Source: Macrostomum lignano (lineage: Eukaryota). Taken from it: a DNA stretch of 64,000 nt. This document shows, piece after piece, positions 50,655 to 62,589 of this stretch (positions within the stretch are counted from its first letter, which is position 1; each line of letters opens with the position of its first letter). The notes beneath the pieces were generated by a model. The model did not search any database. It saw only the letters and a program-made list of their open reading frames with translations, and was not told where the DNA came from. Position numbers and translations under genes: made by a program. The stretch covers positions 62,001 to 126,000 of the forward strand of contig NIVC01000041.1 in NCBI GenBank assembly GCA_002269645.1. The letters are read 5' to 3'.

Positions 50655-52863
50655 TGTGAATCCTGGGGATTGTGAAGCTTGAGGATTGTGAAGCTTGAAA
50701 ATTGTGAAGCTTGGTGATTGTGAATCTTAGGGATTGTGAAGCTCATGGGTTGTGAAGCTTGCGGATTGTGAAGCTTGAGGATTGTGAAGCTTGAGGATTG
50801 TGAATCTTAGAGATTGTAAATCTTGGTGATTGTGAATCTTGGTGATTGTGAATCTTGGTGATTGTGAATCTTGCGGATTGTAAATCTTGAGGATTGTGAA
50901 GCTTGAGGATTTTGAAGCTTGAGGATTGTGAAGCTTGAGGATTTTGAATCTTAGAGATTGTAAATCTTGGTGATTGTGAATCTTAGAGATTGTAAATCTT
51001 GGTGATTGTGAATCTTGGTGATTGTGAATCTTGGTGATTGTGAATCTCGGGGATTGTGAATCTTGGGGATTGTGAAGCTTGGGGATTGCGAAGCTTGAGG
51101 ATTGTGAAGCTTGAGGATTGTGAAGCTTGGGGATTGTGAAGCTTGAGGATTGTGAAGCTTGAGGATTGTGAATCTTAGAGATTGTAAATCTTGGTGATTG
51201 TGAATCTTGGTGATTGTGAATCTTGGTGATTGTGAATCTCGGGGATTGTGAATCTTGGGGATTGTGAAGCTTGAGGATTGTGAAGCTTGGGGATTCTGAA
51301 TCTTGGTGATTGTGAAGCTTGGGGATTGTGAAGCTGGGGAATTGTAAAAAGCACCCTAATATATCAAAGGTTATGTCTCATGGGTTTTAACTCACAAAAA
51401 CTGGTAGCTATGAGCCCAAACAATTCGCACTTTGTCAAATTGTCTTAGTGCACTAACATGTTCTGCAGCAGGCTTCTTTCCAAGAAGCAGAAGACACACA
51501 CTGCAGCACACAGAGAGCCAGCTGGTGTTTGACTATGCAATCGGTAGAGGGTGCAGATAAAAGCCAATGAAGGGACTCACCTGTGCTGCGTTCAACCGAT
51601 TATTATGAACAAAGGGGGCCAAGAGGCCACAAGCAGCTAACCAGAGACAATAAGAAATGAAAGTTAAACCAAGAAAGACAAGAGCTGGCCTTAAATATTT
51701 GCTGTGAGGGTGAGAACTGGCTGCCCTCTGCCGCGCCAACGTCTCTCTCTCTGTCAGGCACTTCAGGCATCCAACGCAGGCATGAAAGCCTGACAGAGCT
51801 TTGCAGCCCTGAAGCACTCAATCATTTTTCTTGTAAAAAAACATCGGCTCTCTTTGGGCCCTCCTACTCTCGGGCGCCCCATTCTCATGGCGGAGGTGAA
51901 GCGAAATCCGAGATTGACAGGTCCATGAGGACCTGGTGGATTCGTTCGCTCTCTACTCCTCGATCTTGTCCACTTTCAGTCAGATGCAGGTTGTTACCTG
52001 CCTCAAATATGGACTCGAAAATTGATATCTTTTATGCAATCTTTTCACAGATACGTAAAAATTTCAATATCCGAAAATCTAGAAAAAAAGTCTAGATTGG
52101 GGATTGTGAAGCTTGGGGATTGTGAAGCTTGGGGATTGTGAAAGTTAGGGATTGTGAAGCTTGGGGATTGTGAAGCTTGAGGATTGTGAAGCTTAAGGAT
52201 TGTGAAGCTTGGGGATTGTGAAGCTTGGGGATTGTGAAGCTTGGGGATTGTGAAGCTTAGGGATATTAAAGCTTGGGGATTGTGAAAGTTAGGGATTGTG
52301 AAGCTTGGTGATTGTGAAGCTTGGGGATTGTGAAGCTTGGGGATTGTAAAGCTTGGGGATTGTGAAGCTTGTTGATTGTGAAGCTTGGGGATTGTGAAGC
52401 TTGTTGATTGTGAAGCTTGTTGATTGTGAAGCTTGGGGATTGTGAAGCTTGGGGATTGTGAAGCTTGGGGATTGTGAAGCTTGTTGATTGTGAAGCTTGA
52501 GGATTGTTAAGCTTGGGGATTGTGAAGCTTGGGGATTGTGAAGCTTGAAATTTGTGAATCTCGGGGATTGTGAATCTTGGGGATTGTGAATCTTGGGGAT
52601 TGTGAAGCTTGGGGATTGTGAAGCTTGTTGATTGTGAAGCTTGGGGATTGTGAAGCTTGGGGATTGTGAAGCTTGGGGATTGTGAATCTTGGTGATTGTG
52701 AATCTCGGGGATTGTGAATCTTGGGGATTGTGAATCTTGGGGATTGTGAAGCTTGGGGATTGTGAAGCTTGGGGATTGTGAAGCTTGGGGATTGTGAAGC
52801 TTGGGGATTGTGAAGCTTGGGGATTGTGAAGCTTGGGGATTGTGAAGCTTGGGGATTGTGAAG
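50655..52863. repeat. Two arrays of a 16-bp unit (TGTGAAGCTTGGGGAT)n at 50655-51345 and 52095-52863, flanking ~750 bp of unique sequence
   Basis: Direct tandem copies. Confidence 0.93.
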
Positions 52864-53664
52864 CAACGGAGAGGGAACAGAGGAATGAGAAGAGGAAGGA
52901 TGAGATGAGAGATAAGAAAAGAGAGAGCTGAGAAGAGACAAACCTTGAGGGGGGCGGATTGCTATTGTGAAGTTTCTAAGGACTTAAAAACCGGATAGAG
53001 AGGCTTCGTAGACCGGAGTTTGCCAACCCCAGCATTAAACATCTTGCGATAGAAAATCTTTTCAAAGCAGACTTGCTTTGTGACCAAATAGTGACTGGCT
53101 AGATTACCAGTGTCTGTAAAAGTTTCATCTAAGGCCAGCGTTGGAGGCCCGTAGAACTCATCTTTATTTATAAACATTCCGAAATTAATCAACTTTCAAC
53201 ACTGCTCCCGGCTCTCCTGTCAGTCTGTCTGTCCGTCTCAAAAGAGACGCAATTAACTCGGCTCACGTAGGCAATGCAGATGGCAATAATTGCTTGAAAC
53301 AGTACGTCTACTAGAAGAAGAAGACACTTCAAAGACTCTGCAGGGTTCTTATAGTGTTTATTGGCCAACCAATATTGCTGTGTTTATTGTTTTAAGCAAG
53401 CCTGTTCTCTAGTAAAGGCCAACATTTACAACAAAGACAACATTTCTTTTTTATGACATCAACTGACAAACACTGAAAGTAAATTGCGAACCATTTTTTC
53501 GTGGGAATTAATAAATAATGTTAAAAAATATGATTCACTGAAACAGGAAAGAGGAGATGCTTTAACAGCTTTCAGAATGCTTGGAAAAACAAATACAATG
53601 CCAATTACAAAAGCAGAGATCAGCTTAAAGCAGGGAAAACTTTTGTCAGTGAAGCTGATTTTTT

Positions 53665-54000
53665 AGAGGCAAGGGGGTTGTGTGCACCCTGACGCACTTT
53701 AAGCGACGTTGTCACACAACCGGCGAGAGGCATTACTGCCCCATTCCGCCGACTCCCCTGAGCAGTCACACGCACAGGCACACACTCACACAGGAGTGTA
53801 CAGCGGCCCTAACTTTATTTATCGTTAGGCATGTACACTTTACTGTGCCTTTGGGGTTGGCCATCAAGGCCGTTAATTGCACGAGCAGAGCCAAGCCGAG
53901 ATTCCAATTAAGCCCCAAATTAATGCGACTGCACTTGGAATCGAGCCTTGGCCGCCAGCACAACAGAGCGCCGCGCTAGACCTCTGGACTACGGTCCCCT
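53665..54000 (-). mobile_element. Full-length SINE family A, reverse orientation
   Basis: The - strand reads GGGGACCGTAGTCCAGAGGTCTAGCGCG...GGCTCGATTCC..., homologous to 38277-38643. Confidence 0.8.
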
Positions 54001-54172
54001 TCATTGAAAGTTAATCAGCTTGATCAGGTAAAAACAATCAATTGGAAAGTCCCCATTCGCTGCGCCAATGAAGTTCTGTAGCCAGAATACTTGATTGTCT
54101 TTTAACCAGAGAGAAAGAGAGCAGAGCCGGTCTGTGAAAGACTGCAGCTTCTTGTATTTGCGAGTTTTCGGA

Positions 54173-54365
54173 TTGATTGGCTGTATTGTCTATGGCCGAG
54201 TGCAGCTCTGTGGCAGTGGCTTTGATTGGCTGTATTGTCTATGGCCGAGTGCAGCTCTGTGGCAGTGGCTTTGATTGGCTGTATTGTCTATGGCCGAGTG
54301 CAGCTCTGTGGCAGTGGCTTTGATTGGCTGTATTGTCTATGGCCGAGTGCAGCTCTGTGGCAGTG
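54173..54365. repeat. 49-bp tandem repeat (about 4 copies) containing GATTGGCT
   Basis: Direct tandem copies. Confidence 0.9.
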
Positions 54366-54819
54366 GTTGCTTCAGCGAATGGGGACTCTCCGCTTGAGCA
54401 GCTTCGTTATCAACTTCACTGAAAGAAACTATAGTAGCTGGAGCAACCAGAAGCTAACAAAAAATATGAAAATTAACCAGCGAGTAGAATTTAGGCAATG
54501 ATTAAGCAGTCACTTAGGGCATGAAGTTTAAACTAATTGAATAATACAACGTAAAACAAAATTCGTTCATTGACAACAGAAATGGAAAATAATGAAGTTT
54601 TAATTTACACAGCAAAGCGTCGTTGTCAATCAATGGAATTTTATCAAATTAGTACAAATTCTTATCATACTACTACTACTGAAGTAGTAAAGCAGTAGTA
54701 TCAAGTAGTTTTAGCAATTGGAAATATAACGAAGAAAAACACATTAATGTTTCATGGATATGGTGGCGATGTTTACTGGTCACAGTATAGTGTTGTTCAT
54801 GCGCTCTTATCACCCCCAG

Positions 54820-55155
54820 CAACAATAGCGAGCCCCTAACAACCAATAGCCAGACCCTAGCAGCAGTGGCCAGACCCTAGCAACCATTAGCCAGACCCTA
54901 GCAACCAATAGCCAGTCCCTAGCAACAACAGCCAGGCCCTAGCAACAATAGCCAGTCTCTAGCAACAATAGCCAGGCCCTAGCAACAATAGCCAGCCCCT
55001 AGCAACCAATAGCCAGCCCCTAGCAACCAATAGCCAGACCCTAGCAACCAATAGCCAGTCCCTAGCAACCAATAGCCAGTCCCTAGCAACCAATAGCCAG
55101 ACCCTAGCAACCAATAGCCAGTCCCTAGCAACCAATAGCCAGCCCCCAGCAACAA
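54820..55155. repeat. ~21-bp minisatellite (AGCCAGACCCTAGCAACCAAT)n just downstream of the rhomboid stop codon
   Basis: Direct tandem copies. Confidence 0.93.
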
Positions 55156-55168
55156 TAGTAGTCCTCAG

Positions 55169-56764
55169 CTAGCCAGCATGCCGAGTCCCCCCTCCGCAGG
55201 CCAGTCCGCCAGCAGCCGAATACCATCCGGTGTTGAAGACATTCCACAGAATCGCAAATGCGGCCAAGCCGGCAAAACCTGCTAGACTGACTCTCAGCAG
55301 GCAGCGCTGGCACCGGCGTCTCCGCTGTCTGCCGCCATTCTCAGCGCTGTCCTCGTCACCTTCGCCGTCGTCATCCAGGTCGAAGCTGAGCAGCTGGGTG
55401 CCGACCAGACAGCCCCAGGCCAGGCCGGCAGGCTGAGCACAGTAGGAGCTCAGACTCAGCCAATGCTTGTCCCCAGCCAGTATGGCAAACCGGCGCCAGT
55501 GCCGCTGGTAAATCGCAACGGCAAAATCGGCGTAAGTGAAGCCGACCAGCAGAGCCAGGCGCAGCATTGAGGAGGCCAACAATTGGCGAAGTTTTCCTCC
55601 GCCAGTTTTCAAGTTGCCGCCTCCTGATTCTGTTGTTGGCGCCGTGATTTGGCGCCACTCGGCGCTTAACTGGCCCCAGTTGGCCAGCGCCAGGCCGATG
55701 TGCGCCCCAACTAGCGCGTAGGTGGCGCCGGCGGCGCCAATCAGAACGGCGCTTGGCTCGGCGACGGAGGAGAGCAGAGAGCCGAGCAGGACGCCGCCTA
55801 ACATGACGGCGCCGACGCGAAGGCCGCCGTGGGCCAGCTGCAGAGGCAGGCCCAGCAGCAGCAGCATCAGCGAGTTGAACACCAGATGGTGCCAGCCGTC
55901 GTGCAGTAGAGAGTAGGTTGCGAACCGCCACACCTGGGTGTTGATCGAATGCATTTGTAGCCGCTACCCCCTCTGAATACCCTTCAGTGAATTCCGCTAC
56001 CCCCTCTGAATAACCCTCAGTGAATTCCGCTACCCCCTCTGAATAACCCTCAGTGAATTCCACTACCCCCTCTGAATAACCCTCAGTGAATTCCGCTACC
56101 CCCTCTGAATAACCCTCAGTGAATTCCGCTACCCCCTTTGAATAACCCTCAGTGAATTCCGCTACCCCCTCTGAATAACCCTCAGTGAATTCCGCTACCC
56201 CCTCTGAATACCCTTCAGTGAATTCCGCGACCCCCTCTGAATACCCTTCAGTGAATTCCGCGACCCCCTCTGAATACCCTTCAGTGAATTCCGCGACCCC
56301 CTCTGAATACCCTTCAGTGAATTCCGCTACTCCCTCTGAATACCCTTCAGTGAATTCCGCTACTCCCTCTGAATACCCTTCAGTGAATTCCGCTACCCCC
56401 TCTGAATACCCTTCAGTGAATTCCGCTACCCCCTCTGAATACCCTTCAGTGAATGCCGCCACCCCCTCAGAGGGTCTTTAACCTCCGTAATCGTCAGCAG
56501 CTCTTCACCTCGTGCCGCCGGGCCGGGCAGAAGGCCAGTGGGCTGCTGTAGGGCAGGCCAGACGCCCAGCCGACCCGGTTCCAGGCGGGCCCGTCGTTAA
56601 GCTGCACCGCGCTGACGCAGAAGCCGATCCAAACAGCTAGCAGAGCCAGCGGGATGAACACGGGCGGTGGGTGGCATCTGTACAGCTCGATGTACGCCTC
56701 TTCGGGCACCTCGCCGGGTTCTTCGTCGTCATCGAAGTCTCGCTCGTCAGCAACCAGAACCGAC

Positions 56765-56798
<34 letters not shown>

Positions 56799-57462
56799 TT
56801 CCCCGCTGTCGCTGTTGTTGTCGTCGACGTCGTCGAACTACTCGACGTTGTCGGAGGCGCCGTTCCGCCGCGGCGACCCCGGGATCGGCCGCGCGGACCA
56901 GCCGGTTCACCAGCCGCTTGGCCGGCGCCACCTCCGACCGCATCCGGTAGGTCATGCCGGCGTAGAAATCCGGCCAGCTGGTCCGGCCGCTCCTGTCCGT
57001 GTCCGCCCGCCGAAGCAGCCGAATTAGCTTGCGGCGTCGGCCGCCGGCGGCGCCGACCCGATTGAACAGGTCGAGGAACAGCCGGTTTGGCATGCCGCCA
57101 GCCTCCGAGTAGGGCTGGAACTGCCTGCGGTAGCGCCGAGTCAGCCACTGACGGTACGCCAGCTCGCTGCTCTGTGATCGCTGAGGTGCTGGAAGCGACT
57201 GGGGAGGCGGCGGCGGCAGGGGCAAGGTGGCGCAGAGGCCGCCTCCTGGCGGCTGCGGCTTCCACAGCAGGCGTCGGCAGTCGAGCAGGACGGGTGTACC
57301 CGACGAAGATGCCGTCGGCGCCGCATCGCCGACGGTTGAGCTCCAGTTTGAGCAGCCGGGAAACGAGAATGTCAAGGGCTGCTCAATGGCGCTGTCGAGC
57401 ATAGCGCCGCTGTTGTCCGGGTCTGGCGGCTGCTGCTGATCGGCAGGCAGAGAATGCGCCAT
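55169..57462 (-). CDS. EF-hand rhomboid-family protein (RHBDL1/3, Rhomboid-4 type), predicted inactive pseudoprotease, ~572 aa. Exons 56509-57462 and 55169-55933
   Basis: EF-hand-like ADTDRSGRTSWPDF, YRCHPPPVF, L1 loop RRHE|VWRFATYSLLHDGWHHLVFN, LLGLPLQLAHGGLRVG, TM4 LIGAAGATYAL (GxSG site), TM6 SYCAQPAG (His site), FAILWNVF. Phase-0 GT-AG intron. Confidence 0.92.
55960..56470. repeat. 33-bp minisatellite filling the rhomboid intron
   Basis: (CCCCCTCTGAATA(A/C)CC(T/C)TCAGTGAATTCCGCTA)n. Confidence 0.96.
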
Positions 57463-58144
57463 GGTGACTGCTGCTGCTCCGGTGTTGTGAGATCTGCTCA
57501 GTCTGCTGCCGCTGCAGTTCGGTTCTCCCCAGTTTTTACAGTTTTTGCTCCCCCCACTGCTGTGGCATTTGGGCTATGACGAGATCTGAGGGGATCGATA
57601 TCCCCCTCCGCTACCCTCCGCTCTCCTCTCTTTACCCCGAGCGCTGATCTGGGATCGATATTCGCATTTCTTTTTCATTTCCTTTACTATTTTCTTTCCT
57701 GAGAAGCAAGAAATGACTGCAGGACTCCTGCATTCTCTCTCTCGCTCTCTCCCTCTGTATGCTCGTCTGCTTCTTCTGCAGTGAGCCTTTAAGTAAATTG
57801 CCCCCAGCTACCAGCATGTGTTCTGTTTGCATTGTAGCTTTCGAGACAGCTCGTACGCCTGAATATGCATGTATATATAATTAATAAGCAGATTCTTCGT
57901 GCTCGTTTAAGCTACTTACTGGACAGTAGAATATAAGAAAATTTTATAGATTTTTTAATAGAATAGAGACAAAAACTTGACTACTACGAGTATAATAGAA
58001 AAAAATGTATTATTTAAGAATCAATTCTGCAAAGTCCAGTGAATGAATTGAGTAAATTAAGTTTGTGACTTTTTATCCGGTCTTCTCGACAAACTATTGA
58101 TATGATACTTGCAGTAGTTGAGGGGCGTATACAGGAGTTATTGG

Positions 58145-58326
58145 GGGCGCCAGAACCAAATGGCGCCAGCACCAAGTGGGGCCAGCACCAAGTGGCGCCA
58201 GCACCAAGTGGCGCCAGCACCATGGGGCGCCAGCACCAAGTGGCGCCATCACCATGGGGTGCCAGCACCAAGTGGCGCCAGCACCAAGTGGCGCCAGCAC
58301 CAAGTGGCGCCAGCACCAAGTGGCAC
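58145..58326. repeat. 16-bp minisatellite (GCACCAAGTGGCGCCA)n
   Basis: Direct tandem copies downstream of the BOK stop codon. Confidence 0.9.
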
Positions 58327-58379
58327 TATAATTTTTGTCAGCCTGTTAAGAGGGGCCACGGCAGTTCAGCTGATGACAG

Positions 58380-61300
58380 TCACAGCAGCAGCAGCAGCAG
58401 GACGCAGGCTGTCAGAACGGCCAGGGCAGCGAAGGAGGCGAAAATCCAGGTCGCTGTCTGATCTCCGCTGGTCTGGTTGCAGCGGGTCACATCCGGCTGT
58501 TTGGAAAGTGAAGATTTGTAGATTTACAGAGATAAAAATTAAATCTGTAACTTCTTCCGAAAGTAGTAAAATAGGAATCGTTGGTTAGAGGGAAAATAAA
58601 ACAGAGAGCTGGTTTTCGAAGTTTTATTACTTTGAGAATAGTCAGCTATTCTACTTATTAAGTAGCAATACAAGCCTAATAGGCCATTTTAGAGAATAAA
58701 TTGGGTTGGGTTTTTTAGTTAGAGGCAAGGGGCTGTGTGCACCTTGTCGCACTTTAAGCGACATTGTCACACAACCGGCGAGAGGCATTGCTGCCAATTC
58801 CGCCGACTCCCCTGAGCAGGCACACAAGCGCGCGGATACGTACGCAGGCACACACTCACACAGGAGTGTACAGCGGCCCAAACTTTATTTATCATTAGGC
58901 ATGTACACTTCACTGTGCCTTGGGGGTTGGCCCTCAAGGCTGTTAATTGCACGAGCAGAGCCAACAAGCCGAGATTCCAATTTAGCCCCAAATTAATGCG
59001 ACTGCACTTGGAATCGAGCCTGGGCGGCCAGCACGTCAGAGCGCCGCGCCAGATCACTGCGGCTACGGCCCATTCAAAGTTAAGGTTTCCGCAAATTGAT
59101 GCGATATCCGACCTGCGGCCAGTTATACTCATACCGCAGACCTCCGAGCACACATTCACAGAGGGTGTACAGCAGCCCTGCACACTCTGCGCCTTCAAGG
59201 GGAGTGCCCCCCTGCCAAGCGTTCTTTGCAGCAATTCTGCCCCCCCCCCCATTTCAAGGGTATGAAAAAGCTGTAATGACTTATAGTCCCACGAAAATAA
59301 ACTCAAAACAATACTCAACGATAATCCATCCACCCTGTTCGGTAAGCCAGGTGCACAGACGCGTAGCAACGAACGCACCGAATGCGTCCACAATTTTTTG
59401 CGCATAGTCCAGGTGGCCTTGGCTGGCGCAGTCGGCGGCAAAGGCGCCCGCCATGGCGAACAGGGCGACAACTTTGCCCCAGTGGATGCTGTCGCGGCAC
59501 AGCTGGTCGCAGAACATCACAAAAGTCCGTCTAGAGACTTCCTCGGAGTGCATGGCCAAGTTCAGCTGACGGTGCACATTATTGAACAGGTCCGGGTACA
59601 TCGTCTCCAGCTCTTCGCCAACTAGGCGAAGCTCTTCGCCGACTTCGCTGTACTCGGCTGGCGGGCCGAGGGCATCCAGCTGGCGCTGGGTGAGGGCGCC
59701 GCTCCGTCTGAGCCGATGATTGACGTATTCGAGGCACAGGGCCTTGCCTTCGGCCACCAGGTCATCTGGGTTGGGTCCGGCTTGCGAGGCTTGGGATGAG
59801 TCCTGTTGTTGCTGGGGGCCGCTGGCTCGGCCTGTGCTCGGCGAAGATGGACGGCGATGGTGGTGGTGGTGAAGGTAAGACGGTTGCGAGAAGCGGAGGC
59901 TGCGCTGACGTTGACTGATGGCACTATGGACGCTGGAGATGCGCCGGTGAGGCATTTTTTGGGTTCTCTGCGGTGTTTGGCGGCTGATTTGGAGAATTCC
60001 TGTTCGGCTTTGATCACGGGACAGTTGGGATGGGGTAGATTGAGTTGTGGGTAGGTAGGTAGACGGGTAGGTAGGTAGACGGGTTGGTAGATAGACGGGT
60101 AGGTAGATAGACGGGTAGGTAGGCAGATGGGTAGGTAGGTAGATGGGCAGGTAGATAGACGGGTAGGTAGATAGACGGGTAGGTAGATAGACGGGTAGGT
60201 AGATAGACGGGTAGGTAGATAGACGGGTAGGTAGGCAGATGGGTAGGTAGGTAGATGGGTAGGTAGATAGACGGGTAGGTAGATAGACGGGTAGGTAGAT
60301 AGACGGGTAGGTAGATAGACGGGTAGGTAGATAGACGGGTAGGTAGGTAGGCAGATGGGTAGGTAGGTAGATGGGTAGGTAGATAGACGGGTAGGTAGAT
60401 AGACGGGTAGGTAGATAGACGGGTAGGTAGATAGACGGGTAGGTAGATAGACGGGTAGGTAGATAGACGGGTAGGTAGATAGACGGGTAGGTAGATAGAC
60501 GGGTAGGTAGATAGACGGGTAGGTAGGCAGATGGGTAGGTAGGTAGATGGGTAGGTAGATAGACGGGTAGGTAGATAGACGGGTAGGTAGATAGACGGGT
60601 AGGTAGATAGACGGGTAGGTAGATAGACGGGTAGGTAGGTAGGCAGATGGGTAGGTAGGTAGACGGGTAGGTAGATAGACGGGTAGGTAGATAGACGGGT
60701 AGGTAGGCAGATGGGTAGGTAGATAGACGGGTAGGTAGATAGACGGGTAGGTAGATAGACGGGTAGGTAGGTAGACGGGTAGGTAGGTAGACAGGTAGGT
60801 AGATAGACGGGTAGGTAGGCAGGCGGGTAGGTATGCAGATGGGTAGGTAGCTACAAATTTAAGTAAGTATATAGGTAGGTAGACAGTTAAGTAGGAGATA
60901 GGTTAATAGTTATGTAGACAGATTCTGTAGAGCGGCAGATAGACGGGTGGTTAGACTAATATTTCTCATGTGAAGCTCTATAAAACCGCTCTATTTTATA
61001 TCAAGTCCAGGCGCAAAAACAGAGAGCTGTTGAGGTGGCAAAGCGCTCCATTTCTTATCTAATCTGGGAGAGTTCTAGGGGAGCAGCAAAAATGTAAATA
61101 CAGAATAACGGTGGGACTCGACTCAAACTCAGGGCCCAATGCCGCGAAAAATAGGGACTCAATCGGATAAAAAGGCATTAATCCTGGCTCACTAGTATCG
61201 AGTTTCCACTATGACATGTCTTCAACAAGTCCTTGTTCTGTAGGTTATGTTCTAAGCTTCATGAAAAATATGAATTCGAAGCTTATAAAGCATTAAATAC

Positions 61301-61697
61301 GTGTATGTTTTGTACGACCAATAATGATAGGTTCCGATAGTGCATTTTTAATGGTTGCGCGAAACTCCGCCCTACTGCTGTCTATGGTTGAAAAGCACTC
61401 ACCCCTATAGAACAGAGTTTTCAGTATGGAGGTCAGGCTCAGCTGCTGGCTCCAGCTGCGCACTGAGCTGATGCACCAGTCCGTGTGGCTGCCGCTTCGC
61501 CACCTGTTCAGCATGGCTTTGTGCCTCTCGCTCTCCAGAATGATCTCCATGTAGGGTGGTAGGCGCGAGATCCGCCTGCTGGTGTCCGGGTTGTAGGCGC
61601 CGCGGCGCTGAACTGGCGCGCTGACTGGCGCGTGGCGCTGAGGCTGTTTTGATTGCGGCGGCATTTGACTGGTAATGAGGGGAGGGGGTGAATGCAT
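58380..61697 (-). CDS. BOK: BOK/Debcl-like multi-BH Bcl-2 family protein. Exon 1 at 61403-61697, exon 2 from 59999 to ~59320, candidate transmembrane-anchor exon at 58380-58496
   Basis: BH4 LVAEGKALCLEYVNHRLRRSG, BH3 LRLVGEELE, BH1 IHWGKVVALFAMAG and BH2 WLTEQGGW occur in BOK order. The exon 1/2 phase-1 junction fits (G|GTGAGT...CAG|GA). The downstream exon encodes TWIFASFAALAVLTACVLLLLLL-stop. The exon 2 donor is uncertain. Confidence 0.85.
58718..59070 (-). mobile_element. SINE family A, reverse orientation, in a BOK intron
   Basis: Homologous to 53665-54000 along its length. Confidence 0.78.
60050..60850. repeat. 16-bp compound repeat (GGGTAGGTAGATAGAC)n in BOK intron 1
   Basis: Direct tandem copies. 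Confidence 0.95.
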
Positions 61698-61737
61698 ACG
61701 GCAACCCTTTTGACCAAGCTATCAGATCTACTTATCA

Positions 61738-62030
61738 ATAATAATAATTGATTACACCTGCTCCAATGGCCAGATGTGCAACCGACAGCTCAGCCGCAGC
61801 TATTGCGCGGCGCATCTGAAGGCTGCGTACGGCTGTTCAGTCCAAGGACTGGGGGGTCGCCACACACACCCTCAATTACCCCAGCTAATGCTGGCACCCA
61901 TTTTACAGCTGGGTGAACTGGAGCAATGCAGAGTTAAGTGTCTTGCTCAAGGACACAAATTGTTCCGAGTGGGCCGAGAATCGAACCCCCGACCTTCAAG
62001 TCGTGAGTCCGCTCTAATTAGTAGACTACA
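61738..62030 (-). mobile_element. tRNA-derived CORE-SINE (family B)
   Basis: 61897-61956 CCCATTTTACAGCTGGGTGAACTGGAGCAATGCAGAGTTAAGTGTCTTGCTCAAGGACAC resembles the reverse complement of the MIR/CORE domain (CCCATTTTACAG...AGAGGTTAAGTGACTTGCCCAAGGTCAC, recalled from memory). B-box GGTTCGATTC on the - strand and an (AAT)n tail. Confidence 0.72.
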
Positions 62031-62589
62031 ACCCTCTCATCGTATTTGAACCTCTTTGATAGATCAAACCATCAGATATGTTGATCAAGCTATCAAGCCT
62101 GATGCCTGTTTACCTCAAGTCTTAATTCAGCCCAATGGACCTAAACCTTTTCGAATAAGCGCACTATGCTACTGATCTCAGTAGGCATTCTCATTTAAAA
62201 TACTAAATGCAGCAAGTTTATTGTTTCTTGCTATCCTGTTTCCCAAGCGACGCAAAAAAAGTAATTTGGAAACCGCAACAAAGGAGAGGAAAGAAAAGAC
62301 TGCAGTGGCCTCCGCACTTCCTTCTTATGGCTATAAGTCAGGATAAGAAATGGGAAGGTGGAAGCCTGGAGACAGTATTAGAGCTAAAGGTGTGCGACAC
62401 TGACTTACGGGGGGGGGGGCGACTTCGCAGCAGCCGGCAGCTGATGCCATTTCATCTGCTATCCATGCCGCTATGGGTAACGTTCTAATAAATAAAGCCA
62501 CTGCACACGACTGCTTTTCTTCTAAGGCGAAGAAAGGAAAAGATGAAAGCTAAAATGCCATTGAAAAAGTTTATCTCAGAAGTATTGAA

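Noticed and set aside
55371-56462. 363-aa ORF with (AEFTEGYSEGV)n repeats, suggesting a repeat protein or rhomboid read-through
   Set aside because: It is the translation of the 33-bp intronic minisatellite, in a different frame from the rhomboid exons. Splicing 56509 to 55933 restores the canonical RRHE|VWRF loop.
55169-57462. Calling the inactive rhomboid an iRhom (RHBDF)
   Set aside because: It lacks the GPx motif and the large Cys-rich luminal domain. Its sequence follows RHBDL1/3.
59400-59660. BH3 Asp-to-Glu (GEE) as a sign of an inactive BOK
   Set aside because: As I recall, Drosophila Debcl has the same GEELE, so this is normal variation in the family.
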